A stretch of DNA of 64,000 bases from a virus. Shown in pieces: positions 62,417 to 64,000 of the stretch (its first letter is position 1; each line of letters begins with the position of its first letter). The stretch spans positions 64,001-128,000 of the IMG/VR virus record IMGVR_UViG_3300005466_000024; one strand, 5' to 3'. A program made the translations under genes and the position numbers. A model generated the notes under the pieces. That model saw only the letters and a program-made list of their open reading frames with translations, made no database searches and was not told where the DNA came from.

Positions 62417-62754
62417 GCGCTCCACGACAGCACGACCCGCACGCCTGATCCCAATCCGCTCACGATCACCGTGCCCTCGGCAAACGGTGCCGAGCCCACG
62501 AACACGCCACCGCTGGCCGCCGAGAAGATGCCCGCCTCGGTGTAGCTGCCGGCCTGGCACGGTACGACGACCTGGGCGGCGGTGTTGGTGCCCGCCCCGT
62601 CAGGGGTCCACATGGTCAGCTGGCGCCCGTAGCCGCCGCCGCTGGTCTCGTTGGCGCCGGTGACGCCGGCATCACTGGTGTGCAGACTGATCCAGTGGCC
62701 CCGCGCCGCGGCGGCGTCGCTGGCCGCCTGGCGGGTGTCGTCGGGGATGCCCAC
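62413..62754 (-). CDS. Minor tail protein
   Basis: ISLHT.D.G.TGANE.SGGGY.R...GSYT.AGIFSAASGG.F. Confidence 0.7.
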   Translation of the reverse strand: MGIPDDTRQAASDAAAARGHWISLHTSDAGVTGANETSGGGYGRQLTMWTPDGAGTNTAAQVVVPCQAGSYTEAGIFSAASGGVFVGSAPFAEGTVIVSGLGSGVRVVLSWSA

Positions 62755-62770
62755 ACCCTTTCCCCGTGGA

Positions 62771-64000
62771 TCACACCCACTCCAGCAGTGTGTAGCCAGG
62801 ACCACCGGCGCCGCCCTGGCCGGCCGGACCGGACACGTTGCCGCGGGCGCCACCGCCACCGCCACCGCCGCCGTAGTTGCCGCCGACTCCACCGGGACCG
62901 GGCGCTGTGGAGCCGCTTGTGGCACTGCTGCCGTGACCACCGGCACCGTTGAGCCCGGTGGGGGTGCCGCCCGACGCGGTGCCACCCGCGGAGCTGGACG
63001 AGAGGGAGTCGTTGGACTGCACGTCGCCGCCGCCGCCGCCGCCGGCCCCGGCGCCGACCGTGTTGGAGGCTCCGGTGCTGCCCGAGCCGGCGGAGCCGTT
63101 GGCCAGGATCATGCCGGTGATGCCCGATTGGCTGGCAGTGCCTCCGGTCGTGCCACTGCCCCCACCTGCGGTGAGTGTGATGCCGCCGGAGGTGACGGTG
63201 CTGGCTGCGCCGCTGGTGGTGCCACGGGTGACGCTGTACGTCGCCCCCAGGCTGCTCACGTCGATGAAGCTGCGGCCGACGCGGGCGCCGCCACCTCCTC
63301 CGGAACCACCGTGACGCAAACCGGAGTTGCCCGCCGCGCCGTTGCCGCCGCTGGCACCGGCGCCGAGCAGGGTAACCCAGACACCGCTGGCCCCCTGCGG
63401 GACGGGCTGGTTGGTCCGGTTGAGGTTCTCCTCGTTGAAGGGAGCGAAGGTGACCTTGGTGGCGGTGGCCGACAGGATACCCTGCCCACCGAGGCGGGCC
63501 CCGAACATGAAGGCCAGAAGGTAGAAGGGGCCGCGCACGACGCAACGCCCGCTCAGCGGCGCGGTGAGGACGAACTTGTTCGCCACGGCGGTGGCCGACA
63601 GGGTGCCGGTGCCCAGTGTGGCGCCGTTCAGCCGCAGGCTGGCGCTCAGGGTGCCGCGCCCGCCCAGGGCACTGGTGCGGGCGTACCGGGCGAACGCGGC
63701 GACGCTGGGGGTGCCGCGCCCGCCCATCGCGGCCACCGAATTGATCCGGTACATGCGGGCGACCGCGGTCGATGCCCCGTTACCCTGCAGGGTCGCCGAC
63801 AGTTGCGGTACCGGTTTGGCGGTGACGGTGCCACGCCCGCTGATCGGTGTGGCCACGGTGAACCTGGTGGCTTTCGCGATGACGGACACGGTGCCGCGCC
63901 CAGGGAACGCGACGGTGGTCCTGACCCCGGCCAGCCAGAACAGGGTGCCGCGCCCGCTCAGCGGCGCCGTGAAGGTGAACTTGGTGGCGGCCCTGGTCAC
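62771..64000 (-). CDS. Glycine-rich minor tail protein (5' end outside the window)
   Basis: Repeated LSGRGTL units; VWVTLLGAGASGG...GGAGGPGYTLLEW domain. Confidence 0.7.
   Translation of the reverse strand: MTRAATKFTFTAPLSGRGTLFWLAGVRTTVAFPGRGTVSVIAKATRFTVATPISGRGTVTAKPVPQLSATLQGNGASTAVARMYRINSVAAMGGRGTPSVAAFARYARTSALGGRGTLSASLRLNGATLGTGTLSATAVANKFVLTAPLSGRCVVRGPFYLLAFMFGARLGGQGILSATATKVTFAPFNEENLNRTNQPVPQGASGVWVTLLGAGASGGNGAAGNSGLRHGGSGGGGGARVGRSFIDVSSLGATYSVTRGTTSGAASTVTSGGITLTAGGGSGTTGGTASQSGITGMILANGSAGSGSTGASNTVGAGAGGGGGGDVQSNDSLSSSSAGGTASGGTPTGLNGAGGHGSSATSGSTAPGPGGVGGNYGGGGGGGGARGNVSGPAGQGGAGGPGYTLLEWV

Overview
A 64-kb, GC-rich segment of a large actinobacteriophage genome, resembling Bxz1-like mycobacterial myoviruses. 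Nearly all genes are on the minus strand. Content by region: head module (major capsid, decoration, protease/scaffold, portal, large acidic head proteins; 0.1-17 kb), lysis cassette (17-22 kb), small accessory genes and terminase (22-33 kb), minor tail genes (33-39.5 kb and 62-64 kb), a Ro60 gene with four tandem Y RNAs inside a glycosyltransferase cluster (39.5-48.5 kb), and early/accessory genes including a C5 DNA methyltransferase (49-62 kb). Main findings not shown by the ORF track: (1) a canonical -1 ribosomal frameshift signal (C CCA AAA plus 9-bp hairpin) that extends an 831-aa head protein with an otherwise start-less Cys-rich domain; (2) four Y RNAs upstream of rsr, two carrying circularly permuted tRNA bodies (Asn-like and Cys-like); (3) shared N-terminal leader peptides on unrelated proteins, ending at [RKH]-x-A motifs, suggesting a capsid-targeting and processing system; (4) a six-copy 17-bp palindrome overlapping -10 promoter elements; (5) an AAAGGGT motif directly abutting start codons; (6) three nested SD-ATG starts in the protease/scaffold gene; (7) a dual-frame methyltransferase locus with repeated LLPTP modules. 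All family assignments come from motif recognition by eye; no database searches were run.
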